Assembly: GCA_043821645.1 (NCBI GenBank)
Contig: JBDRCO010000087.1
Coordinates: 64,001-128,000 of the forward strand
Source of the DNA: Pseudomonadota bacterium
GTDB lineage: Bacteria > Myxococcota > JACRCW01 > JAFGSX01
Length of the DNA: 64,000 nt
Reading direction: 5' to 3'
Part shown: positions 17,388 to 26,574 of the stretch, piece after piece
Position numbering within the stretch: the first letter of the stretch is position 1
Layout of the letters: each line of letters opens with the position of its first letter
The notes under the pieces: model-generated
What the model saw: only the letters and a program-made list of their open reading frames with translations
Database searches by the model: none
What the model was told of the DNA's origin: nothing
Position numbers and translations under genes: made by a program

Positions 17388-18227
17388 TCACGCCGCGAAG
17401 CGCAGATAGCCGTAGAGCCAGGGATTGATGATCTCGGTCAAGAAGTAGTCAACGATCAGCACGCTCACCGACGAGATGACCACGGCACGGGTCGCGGCAA
17501 GGCCGACCCCGCGCGCGCCTCCCGAGGTGACGAAGCCCTTGTAGCAGCTCACCCAGGCAATGATGGCGCCAAAGAAGAAGGCCTTGATCAGGCCCTCGGC
17601 GAAGTCAGGCGGGTCCAGCATGTAGTAGGTCTGTTCGAGGTAGATGCCCGGGTCCAGCAGCTCTCGTGTCGTCGACACGAAGAACGAGCCAAAGAAACCC
17701 GAGCAATCGAACAGCATGGTCAGGCAGGGCAGCATGAACATGGCGGCGATCACTCGCGGCACAGCCAGGTACTGGGTCGGGCTCACGGCCATAGTGGCCA
17801 TGGCGTCGATCTGCTCGGTCACCTTCATGGTGCCGATCTCCGTCGCCATGGAGGATCCGGCGCGGCCGGCAACCATGAGCGAGGTGATCACCGGCGCCAG
17901 TTCGCGCGCGATCGAGATGGTCGTGGTCGGGCCGACCAGGTCCTCGGCGCCGAACTTGCGAAAGGCAAACAGCGACTGGAAGGCGAACACCATGCCCGTG
18001 AAGGTGCCGGCCAGCCCGACGATGAAGGCCGAGCCGAAGCCGATGAAGTCCATCTGTTGCAGCAACAGCTTGAAGCGATAGGGGGGGCGCACGGACCAGT
18101 ACAGCACCCGGCCGCCAAAGCTGAACAGGCCACCGACCTCGTTGAGCAGGGCCACGAAGGGAGCGCCGATGGCCTCGAACAGGCGCACCAGCCAGCCGCG
18201 CGGAGCACCTGTGGCCGCGTCAGCCAT
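17388..18227 (-). CDS. mlaE: MlaE-family ABC transporter permease
   Basis: RELAPVITSLMVAGRAGSSMATEIGTMKVTEQIDAM, PRVIA, GGARGVGLAATRAVV. Confidence 0.92.
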   Translation of the reverse strand: MADAATGAPRGWLVRLFEAIGAPFVALLNEVGGLFSFGGRVLYWSVRPPYRFKLLLQQMDFIGFGSAFIVGLAGTFTGMVFAFQSLFAFRKFGAEDLVGPTTTISIARELAPVITSLMVAGRAGSSMATEIGTMKVTEQIDAMATMAVSPTQYLAVPRVIAAMFMLPCLTMLFDCSGFFGSFFVSTTRELLDPGIYLEQTYYMLDPPDFAEGLIKAFFFGAIIAWVSCYKGFVTSGGARGVGLAATRAVVISSVSVLIVDYFLTEIINPWLYGYLRFAA

Positions 18228-19464
18228 CAAAGTGTGTGAAGATCAGGCAGGCGTTGGTGCCGCCGAAGCCGAAGGAGTTGGACAGCGCCGCGCGCACCTT
18301 CATCTCACGGGCCGTGTTCGGCACGTAGTCCAGATCGCATTCGGGATCCGGTACCAGCAGGTTGCGGGTCGGATGGACCTTGCCGCTGTGCACCGTCATC
18401 ACCGAGACCACGGCCTCGACGCCGCCGGCGCCGCCGAGCAGGTGGCCGATCATGCTCTTGGTCGACGAGATCCAGACCTTGTGGGCGTGGCTGCCGAACA
18501 CGTGCTTGATGGCCTGGGTCTCGAGCAGGTCGTTGAGAGGGGTCGAGGTGCCGTGGGCGTTGATGTAGTCGACGTCGTCAGGGTTCAGGCTGGCCATGGT
18601 CAGGGCCTCGCGCATGCAGCGCTGGGCGCCCTCACCCTCGGGGGCCGGTGCGGTGATGTGGTGGGCGTCGGCGGTGGCGCCATAGCCTTTCAGCTCGGCC
18701 AGGATGGTCGCGCCGCGCTTGCGAGCGTGCTCCAGCTCCTCGAGCACCAGGATGCCCGAGCCCGTGCCCATGACGAAGCCGTCGCGTTCCTTGTCGAAAG
18801 GGCGGCTGGCGTGCTCGGGGTCATCGTTGCGTGTGGACAGCGCACGCATGTTGGCGAAGCCCGCCACGCACAGGCGCACGATGGCGTGCTCGGCACCACC
18901 GGTGACCATGACGTCGCAGCGGCCGCGGCGGATGGTTTCGAAGGCCTCGCCGATGCCGTGGGTGCCCGAGGCGCAGGCCGAGGCCGGTGCCCAGTTCGGG
19001 CCTCGCAGGTTGTACTTCATCGACACCTGGCCCGGGGCCATGTTGGCGATGAGCGAGGGCACGAAGAAGGGGCTGACCCGGCGCGGTCCCTTTTCCGTGA
19101 TCAGGTCCTTGGTGATGTCGATCTGCAGGATGCCGCCGATGCCCACGCCGATGATGGAACCCGCGCGATCGGGATCAAAGCCGCCCTGCTCCAGCCCGGC
19201 CTGCTTCATGGCCTCGTCGGCGGCGCCCATCACGTACCAGATGAAGGGGTCGTTGCGCCGCGCGTCCTTGGGGTTGGGGAAGAAGGGCTCGGGCGCGAAG
19301 TCCTTGACCTCGGCGCCGATGGTGACGGCGATGCCCGTGGTGTCGGTCTGGGTGATCTGGCCGACCCCGTTCTTCCCCTCGAGCATGGCCTGGAACGAAG
19401 CGGTGGCGGTATGGGCCAGTGGACTGACCATGCCGACACCTGTGATGACGACGCGACGGGTCAT
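18220..19464 (-). CDS. fabF: 3-oxoacyl-ACP synthase II
   Basis: RRVVITGVG, SACASG (catalytic Cys), YINAHGTST, KSMIGHLLG, SNSFGFGGTN. Confidence 0.96.
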   Translation of the reverse strand: MTRRVVITGVGMVSPLAHTATASFQAMLEGKNGVGQITQTDTTGIAVTIGAEVKDFAPEPFFPNPKDARRNDPFIWYVMGAADEAMKQAGLEQGGFDPDRAGSIIGVGIGGILQIDITKDLITEKGPRRVSPFFVPSLIANMAPGQVSMKYNLRGPNWAPASACASGTHGIGEAFETIRRGRCDVMVTGGAEHAIVRLCVAGFANMRALSTRNDDPEHASRPFDKERDGFVMGTGSGILVLEELEHARKRGATILAELKGYGATADAHHITAPAPEGEGAQRCMREALTMASLNPDDVDYINAHGTSTPLNDLLETQAIKHVFGSHAHKVWISSTKSMIGHLLGGAGGVEAVVSVMTVHSGKVHPTRNLLVPDPECDLDYVPNTAREMKVRAALSNSFGFGGTNACLIFTHFDG

Positions 19465-19613
19465 GGCGAGGCTCCATGCGGGTCACTGGATGAGGTGACC
19501 GCCTTGAATGCTGGCACTTTACGCCAAGAGGCGCCGGGCTCAAATCGCGAATCGCGATCGGAGCACACGGCGCCTCTGGCTGCGATACCGGGAGTGCGGA
19601 CAACCGGACCTGC

Positions 19614-19856
19614 TCAGGCCTGGTGGTCCTTGATGTAGCTCAGAGCGTCCTGGACGGTGCGGATGTTTTCCGCTTCCTCGTCCGGGATCTCCATCTGGAA
19701 CTCCTCTTCCATCGCCATGACCAGCTCGACGATGTCCAGGCTGTCGGCGCCCAGATCGTCGATGAACTTGGAGTCCGTACGGATCTCGTCCTCTGCCACG
19801 CCCAGCTGGTCAGCGATGATGGACTTGACTCGTGCCTCGAGGTTGTTGTCGGACAT
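19614..19856 (-). CDS. acpP: Acyl carrier protein
   Basis: [29 protein letters not shown] before ATG 19856. Confidence 0.96.
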   Translation of the reverse strand: MSDNNLEARVKSIIADQLGVAEDEIRTDSKFIDDLGADSLDIVELVMAMEEEFQMEIPDEEAENIRTVQDALSYIKDHQA

Positions 19857-20036
19857 TCGCGGCTCCTTCGGGTTGACCGGCGACTTCTGAAGGCCGGAGA
19901 CGGCGTATGCTAATAGACGAGGGCAACGAGGGTCGCAATACAAAATACTGGACGCAGCGCGTCGAAGCGGGCGAGGCGCAGCGTCGGGGTTGTGCTTTGA
20001 GGTGGCGGCCGATGTTCAGGGACGCAGGCGAAGGGC

Positions 20037-22055
20037 TCACCCAGCGGTCTGCGAGCCTGTCCTGGCAGGCGCGGCTGGTTGAGCCCCCCCAACGGGGCCA
20101 CCGGCGCGCCACAGCACGAAGGCCGCGAGCGCACAGCAGGCCAGGCCGACCCCGTACAGGGCCGCGGGAAGCTCTTGAAAGTCCAGCTCCGTCCGGCCCG
20201 CGAGCACTCCCAGGGCGTTGTGCGCCATGTGCCAGACCATGGCCGGAAAGATGGACCCGCTGCGCAGCACCACCGCGCACAGCACCATGCCGATGAAGGC
20301 CGTGGGCAGGATGCGGTACAGGCTCAGGTGAAATGCGCCAAAGACCAGACCGACCACGATCACCACGAGGACGGGGTGCAGGCGGCGGCGCAGGCCGTGT
20401 AAAAGGAGCCCCCGAAAGGCCATCTCCTCGAACACGCCGGGCAAGAAGGCCACGAAGAGCAGTAGCAGGTACAGCGGGATATCGTCGGGCAGCAGGCTGC
20501 GCGTGAAGGACTCGAGCCAGGCCTGGGGAACCGGGAGCAGGCGCTGCAGCAGCTCGAACAGCCCGAGCCCGCTCACAAACACCCCGGGGACCCCGACTCC
20601 CACCCCCAGCCACACCGCAGCGCGCGGCCGGCGCAGCGAGAGCACGTCATCCACGTCGAGACGCAGGCGCCACAGTACGAAAAGGGTGCCGCCCGCGAAC
20701 ACGCCCAGCAGGTTGAAGAAGAGCTGTGTCACCAGCGCCGGTGCGCTGCGGGTGTTGAGCGCAAACACCACGATGGCCGCGAACATGGCGCCGAAGATGA
20801 GGGGGAGCTGGCGCTCGAGGGCGCTTCGGTCGCTGGGGCCGATGCTTTCACTGCTCGCGGGGAGCAGGCGCTGCTCGTCGTCGAGAGCGCGGCGGGCGGC
20901 ACGGATGGCCAGGGCAGCGGCCAGGACATTGACGATCACCACCGCCAGCATGGGGATTAGGTCGCGGCGGCCGGACAGGACCTCGCGCACGGCCACCGAG
21001 GTCGAGGCCACGGGGACCAGCACGATGGCCGAGCGCAGGTGCACCCCGGGCAGCAGCGAGGCGAGGGCTGGCAGCGATCCCAGCAGCAGCAGGGGCAGGA
21101 ACAGCAGCTGGGCTTCGCGCACACTGCGGGCGTGGCTCGACAGCAGCAACAAGAGTGCCGAGGCCAGCGCCACCAGGGGCAGCAGGAGCAGCAGCAGCAG
21201 CAGCGCATCCCAGGCAGAGAGCGACACCGGGAGTGCCCGTGGAAGCTGGAACAGCTCGAGCTGCAAGCAGACCACCAGATTGACCACCTGTACCGCGGCC
21301 ACGCCGGCGCCGACCACGGCGATGGCCAGGCCCTTGGCGAGCAGGACGCGCTGCCTGTCCACGCCACTGGTGAGCAGAGTCTCCAGGGTTCCTCGCTCCT
21401 TCTCGCCGGCCACGCTGTCCGCGGCGATGATGGCTCCACCGCTGAGCACCAGGAACAGCACCAGCATCACCACGAAGCGGCCTATCCAGGCGCCAGCGCT
21501 GTGGCCGCTGCTGGCCAGGTCTACCTCGTCGACACGGCCGAGCTCCCGGGGGGTATCGCCCAGCCCCAGCGTGACCAGGATCTGGTCCCGGCGCGCATGC
21601 TGGACCTTGTGCAGGCGGTCGCGCAGACGCCGCACCTGTTCCCGGGCCACGTCGCGGTCGGCGCGGTGGAGCAGGGTCAGGTGAAGACCGGGTTCCTGGG
21701 CTGGCCGGGCTGCCGCGACGATGAGTTCGATGTCCCTGTCCTGCAGTGCCGTGGGCGGGTCAGCGGGTCGGTGCTCCACCGCCTGCAGCGCAAGGTCGTC
21801 GTCAGCGAGCGCAAGAGCATCCTGCACCAGCAGTCTCGCCTCGTCGGAGGCGGGGCCAACCAGCGCGTAGCGGAGCACGGTGTCGGCGAGCTTGGCTTCT
21901 CGTTCGCGCTGCAAGAAGCCGTTGGCGAAGAGCATGAGCGGCGTGATCATCAGCGGTGCCACGATCGAGAGCCACACGGTGCGGCGGTCTCGGATCAGGT
22001 CCCGAAGCTCGCGCTGCACCAGCACACCCAGGATCCGGCGGCGCTCAGCTGCCAT
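20037..22055 (-). CDS. NatB-like ABC permease fused to a CPBP (Abi/CAAX) intramembrane protease
   Basis: RELRDLIRDRRT, AGEKERGTLETLL; C-terminal EEMAFRG, FGAFH, HMAHN motifs. Confidence 0.88.
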   Translation of the reverse strand: MAAERRRILGVLVQRELRDLIRDRRTVWLSIVAPLMITPLMLFANGFLQREREAKLADTVLRYALVGPASDEARLLVQDALALADDDLALQAVEHRPADPPTALQDRDIELIVAAARPAQEPGLHLTLLHRADRDVAREQVRRLRDRLHKVQHARRDQILVTLGLGDTPRELGRVDEVDLASSGHSAGAWIGRFVVMLVLFLVLSGGAIIAADSVAGEKERGTLETLLTSGVDRQRVLLAKGLAIAVVGAGVAAVQVVNLVVCLQLELFQLPRALPVSLSAWDALLLLLLLLPLVALASALLLLLSSHARSVREAQLLFLPLLLLGSLPALASLLPGVHLRSAIVLVPVASTSVAVREVLSGRRDLIPMLAVVIVNVLAAALAIRAARRALDDEQRLLPASSESIGPSDRSALERQLPLIFGAMFAAIVVFALNTRSAPALVTQLFFNLLGVFAGGTLFVLWRLRLDVDDVLSLRRPRAAVWLGVGVGVPGVFVSGLGLFELLQRLLPVPQAWLESFTRSLLPDDIPLYLLLLFVAFLPGVFEEMAFRGLLLHGLRRRLHPVLVVIVVGLVFGAFHLSLYRILPTAFIGMVLCAVVLRSGSIFPAMVWHMAHNALGVLAGRTELDFQELPAALYGVGLACCALAAFVLWRAGGPVGGAQPAAPARTGSQTAG

Positions 22056-22830
22056 GGCTGGGGTCCGCTCGCGCGTCGTCCTGCGTGGCCCGGGTCACGT
22101 GATGCACGAAGATGTCCTCGAGGTAGTGCAGACCGCAGGCCTGGCGCAGTCCGTCGAGGGTGTCGCAGGCCAGGATGCGCCCCGCGTGCAGGATCGCGAT
22201 CCGATCGCACAGCTTCTCGGCCTCGCTCATGCCATGGGTCGACAGCAGCACGCAGCGCCCCTGATCGCGAAGCTCGAGGATGCGCTGGCGCAGTTCCAGG
22301 GCCGCCATCACGTCGAGCCCCGAGGTCGGTTCGTCGAAGATCAGCACGGGAGGGTCGTGCACGACGGTGCGGGCGATGGCCACGCGCTGCTTCATGCCCG
22401 TCGACAGGGTGGCCACCCGGGCGTCGGCATACGAACTGATACCGAAGCGTTGCATCAGCTCGGCCACGTGTTGCTCGAGGCCCTTCTCGACACAGCCATT
22501 GATCCGGGCGAAGAAGCACAGGGTCTCCCGCGGCGTCAGGCGCGGGTAAAGCGCTGTGCTGGCGGAGTGAAACCCGAGGCTAGAACGTGCCCGCTGGGGC
22601 GCCTCGACCACGTCATGACCGGCGATGCGTGCGGTGCCGGAGCTGGGCCTGAGCACGGTGGCCAGCAGGCGCAGGGTCGTGGTCTTGCCCGCGCCGTTGG
22701 CCCCGAGCAGACCGAAGATCTGTCCGCCCTGGGCGTCGAACTGAATGCCGTCGACAGCGCGGATCTCACCACGCCCGGGATCCATGAACACCTTGGAGAG
22801 CCGGTCCACCTGCACCAGGGTCTGGGTCAT
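22045..22830 (-). CDS. NatA-like ABC transporter ATP-binding protein
   Basis: [32 protein letters not shown]. Confidence 0.92.
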   Translation of the reverse strand: MTQTLVQVDRLSKVFMDPGRGEIRAVDGIQFDAQGGQIFGLLGANGAGKTTTLRLLATVLRPSSGTARIAGHDVVEAPQRARSSLGFHSASTALYPRLTPRETLCFFARINGCVEKGLEQHVAELMQRFGISSYADARVATLSTGMKQRVAIARTVVHDPPVLIFDEPTSGLDVMAALELRQRILELRDQGRCVLLSTHGMSEAEKLCDRIAILHAGRILACDTLDGLRQACGLHYLEDIFVHHVTRATQDDARADPSHGS

Positions 22831-24096
22831 GCGTCCCGCCTGTTTGGCCGGCGCCAGCGCGCCCGCAAGAAGGTCCACAGACTGCCGTCGTAGGAACCGA
22901 TCACCACGTCTTCGGCGCGCAGCACCAGCGCGGCCAGCCCCAGGCACGCGGCGATGGCCACAGCCTGGGACAGCGCGCAGAGCACCAGGGGAAGCACGGG
23001 GAGCTGACCGGCCAGGGCCTCGCGCATGGCCAGCATCACACCCGCCACCGGCACCAGGGCGAAGGTGGTCGTGAGCTGGGTGTCTGGTTGCTGCACCAGG
23101 GTCACCCCGAGCACGACGACGACGAGAAAGGGCTGGGTCATGGCCTGCCCATCCTTGAAGCTGCGAGCGAATGCAGCCAGCAGCATGCTGCCCGCGGCGA
23201 CCAGCAAGGCCACGGCCAGGGTCCCGGCGAGCAGCACGGGCAATGCCCGCAGGGGGACCTGCACCTCGACCTGGCTGCCTTCAGACCCCAGAGCCGGGCC
23301 GAACAGGCCACGCATGGTCAGCAGCATGGCGCCGAGGTTGAGCAGCCCGGCCTGAATGCCCAGGGTTGCCACGGCCAGGTATTTGCCCACCACCAGGTCA
23401 GTGCGCGTGGCCGCACTCGTCATCAGGGTCTCCCAGGTGCCGCGCTCGCGCTCGCCAGCCGTGGCGTCCACTGCCGGGGTCTGGCAGCCCACGGCCACCA
23501 TGACGACGAGCATGAGCGGGATCAGCAACCCCGCAAGGAAGGCACCCATGTCGCGACCGCTGGCGACGTTGCGCAGGACCACCTCGAAGCCCTGGCCCGG
23601 ATCCTGGTGACCGCGGGCGGCCACCAGGTGATCGATCCAGCGCGTGCGCTGGGCATCCAGGATGCCCCCGCAGGCGCTGCCTGGCCTCGACGCTGCGATC
23701 GCGCGAGCTGTCGTAGTCCAGCTCGACTTGGTAGCTGTCCGGGCCCGCACCTGCCAGGTGTATGGGTGTGAACCACAAGGCGGCGTCGAGGCTGCCCTCG
23801 CGCACTTCCGCCGTGGTCAGGCTGCGGTCCCCACAGTCCGTCCGCAGCCGGAGGTGGGCAGTCGTCTCGAGGCGCAGCGCCAGGGCGGTCTGAGTGGACG
23901 GGAGCGCGCACAGGGCGACCCGGGTGACGAAGCTCTCGGTCTGCCCGGAGGCGAAGTCCAGACCCAGCATGGTCAGCCACAGCACGGCGGGGTACAGCAG
24001 CAGCGGTACCAGCACGCTGTTGACGACGATGGAACGCTCGCGAAGTGCACTTCGCAGCTCCCACCACCACATGGCCCGCACCACGCGCCACTGCAT
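22827..24096 (-). pseudogene. NatB-like ABC permease split by a 1-nt frameshift (true pseudogene or sequencing error)
   Basis: N-half in ORF 23398..24096 (WELRSALRER...YDSSRDRSVEARQRL), C-half in ORF 22827..23750 (AGERERGTWETL); frames join if one base is removed from the C5 run at 23665-23669. Confidence 0.8.
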
Positions 24097-24152
24097 GGCC
24101 GCTCCCTGGACCCGGCTCGACCCGATCGGCTCGCCTATTATAAGGTGTCGTC

Positions 24153-26414
24153 ATGCAATCGCTTCACAAGCTCCGGTCGACAGCCCGAGCGCTCGTCGCG
24201 GCGGTCTGGGTTGCCCTGGCCAGCGCGATGGCCTGCACCTGTCAGCCAGCCCCTCCCATCCCCGACGCCTCGGCGTGGGATGCTGGAGCCCGCGATGCCC
24301 GGAACGACGCGTCGACCGATGCCTGCCCGGGCTGCCTCGATGCCGCGCGCGATGCCGGGACCCTGGACCGTCCTCGGCGGGATGTGCTGGGGGTCGACCA
24401 CGCCGGCACAGACGCCACGGCCGACGACGGGAGTTGGGACTCCGGTGCAGGGGATGTGCTGCCGGGCGATGTCGAGCGGGGTGATGGTGGCATCGAGGAC
24501 GCCGTACAGGACGCCGGTCCTCTCTCACCGCCGGAAACGCCCACAGCGCTGCAGGTCAGTGCGGGAGCCCTGGTGCGCCTGACCTTTGCGCCGTCTGCCC
24601 GGGCCTCGACCTACCAGGCCCTGGTCTCGGAGACAGCGGGTGGCCCTTACCGGCTCGCGGGAACGCCCACGGCCGCTGCCGAGATCTGGCTCGAGGGACT
24701 GGCCCTCAACCTGACCCACCACATCGTGGTTCGTGCCCACAACGCGGCCGGCGACTCGGCGCTCTCGTCCGAGGTGGAGGCCACGCCCCGCGACGGTGTG
24801 GCGGCCTGGCGCGGGCAGATCTCAGGCCTCGTCAGCAGCGCCGGACAACCCGTCGAGGGCGCCGAGGTTCGCCTCTACGACCGGATCGATCATGGTGTGG
24901 TGCTGGCCCAGGCCTTCACCGCCGCCGACGGGTGCTACGTCCTTCACGCACCCAGCGGTCTGTTTCGCGGCCTGGTCGCGGGTCTCGACGAGCTGCCGCA
25001 GGATGGCAACGCCTTCGAGATCGGCTACGACAGCGTGGGCTGGGTGCTGGCCGATGCGGGCGGCCATCCGGCGTGGTTCGAGGTGAAGCCCGCCGAGCTG
25101 CTCGACGGTGTGGACGTCGCCCTCGCGTTCACCCTGCTCGAGCGCCAGATCACGGGCGCGGTACAGGTGGATCCCGGCTGGCCCCTTGGCCGCGTCGTGG
25201 TACAGGCTATCCCCGAGGGTTCGCCACTGCGGCCCCACCGCCTGGCTCTCGATGCGGCAGGCGCCTACACCCTGGCCGTGAGTCCTGGTGTGTACACGCT
25301 GCAGGCTTTTCTCGACGTGGACGGCGATGGAGAACGGGGTCTCAACGAGCCCCGGGCGCAGGACCACCCAGCTGTCGACGTCACCGCGGGCGACAGCAGC
25401 AATCAAGACCTGTCCATTCCCGGGGCGGACACGCTGCAGGGCATCCTGCATGGCGCCGACGGCTGGAGCGTCGCAGCCTACGAGGAGGGTGCGGGGGAGC
25501 CGGCGATCTTCACCCGGGCAGCCCCGGACGGCGTGCCCTTCGAACTCGTGGTTCCCGCGGGGCGACAGTTCAGCGTGCTGGCCTTCGTGGATCAGGACGG
25601 CAATGGCCGCCGCAGCTTGCTCGACGTCGACGGGGACGGCCAGGTGAGCGCGCCCGAGGAGACGTGGAGTGAACCAGGCCTGGCGCCGCTGCGGGGAGTG
25701 GCCGCGGGGAGCATCGGGCTCGACCTCACCGTGGATCTGTCACGACACCTGCGCGGGCAGATCACGCCAGCCATGCAGCGCTGGACCGTGGTGGCGCGAG
25801 ATCCCTCGGGGGATCGCAGCTTTGCCAGCCGGGCGGCACCGGACGGCAGCTTCGACCTGACCGTGTCGCCGCACGACGTCTACCTGCTGCTGGCCTACGT
25901 CGACGAGGATGGGGATGGGCGCCGCACTCCGGCCCATGAGCCGCTGATCTTGCACGGGTCCGTGGTCGACGCCTCGGCCGGGGACGTCGACGCTATTGCC
26001 ATCGTGCAGCGGCAGCTGGTCGGCACCTTCGTGGGTTCGCGCGCCGATCTCGGACAGGGTCGCCCCGAGGTTGCCGTCGCGCAGCAGCTGGTCCAGGGTT
26101 ACGGGGGCGGCCTGCTGTGCGCCAGTCCCGTCGAGCTGGCGAGCTCGATCCGGGCCGAGGCTGGTGCGGCCTTCACGCTGCGCGTGGGTGCCCTGGGAAC
26201 GGGTGCGGGCTCGCTGTCCTTCAGCAGCTGCGCACCGCTGTGCACCGGCGTCACGCTCATCCGCTACCTCGATCAAGGAGGTGACTACTCGCACCACGCC
26301 GAGGGCTGCGTGGCTGCGCAGCCGCTGGTCTATCCCGCGAGCCTGGCCGACCTCTCCCCCGAGGCCCTGGTGCTGGACACCTCGGCGGGCGATCTGATGG
26401 GTCTGAGCTTCTGA
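24153..26414 (+). CDS. Large putative lipoprotein: Asp/Ala/Gly stalk, FN3 domain, repeated beta-sandwich modules with DxDGDG loops
   Basis: Lipobox-like ASAMAC; FN3-like VVRAHNAAGDSALSSEVEATP; FLDVDGDG, FVDQDGNG, LDVDGDG, YVDEDGDG. Confidence 0.78.
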   Translation: MQSLHKLRSTARALVAAVWVALASAMACTCQPAPPIPDASAWDAGARDARNDASTDACPGCLDAARDAGTLDRPRRDVLGVDHAGTDATADDGSWDSGAGDVLPGDVERGDGGIEDAVQDAGPLSPPETPTALQVSAGALVRLTFAPSARASTYQALVSETAGGPYRLAGTPTAAAEIWLEGLALNLTHHIVVRAHNAAGDSALSSEVEATPRDGVAAWRGQISGLVSSAGQPVEGAEVRLYDRIDHGVVLAQAFTAADGCYVLHAPSGLFRGLVAGLDELPQDGNAFEIGYDSVGWVLADAGGHPAWFEVKPAELLDGVDVALAFTLLERQITGAVQVDPGWPLGRVVVQAIPEGSPLRPHRLALDAAGAYTLAVSPGVYTLQAFLDVDGDGERGLNEPRAQDHPAVDVTAGDSSNQDLSIPGADTLQGILHGADGWSVAAYEEGAGEPAIFTRAAPDGVPFELVVPAGRQFSVLAFVDQDGNGRRSLLDVDGDGQVSAPEETWSEPGLAPLRGVAAGSIGLDLTVDLSRHLRGQITPAMQRWTVVARDPSGDRSFASRAAPDGSFDLTVSPHDVYLLLAYVDEDGDGRRTPAHEPLILHGSVVDASAGDVDAIAIVQRQLVGTFVGSRADLGQGRPEVAVAQQLVQGYGGGLLCASPVELASSIRAEAGAAFTLRVGALGTGAGSLSFSSCAPLCTGVTLIRYLDQGGDYSHHAEGCVAAQPLVYPASLADLSPEALVLDTSAGDLMGLSF

Positions 26415-26574
26415 TCGGCAATCTGGTCGCGGCAAACGCACAGCAACGTGTGTCGTCGCCAACCAGGCCTCGCTCGAGCAGACCGTCGCTGCGCGCAACT
26501 CTCGTTGCATCCTGGACGAACCCGGCACTGGAGCACTTGCCGTCGGATCGTCCGGGCGAGGTACAATGCGCAGC

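Noticed and set aside
19951-19985. Imperfect inverted repeat GACGCAGCGC...GCGCAGCGTC between the ABC operon and acpP
   Set aside because: No U-tract and single copy; cannot be called a terminator or REP
26423-26500. Possible c-di-GMP-I (GEMM) riboswitch
   Set aside because: Only the GGCAAA plus first stem resembles it; the conserved GACGCAAAG and second stem are missing
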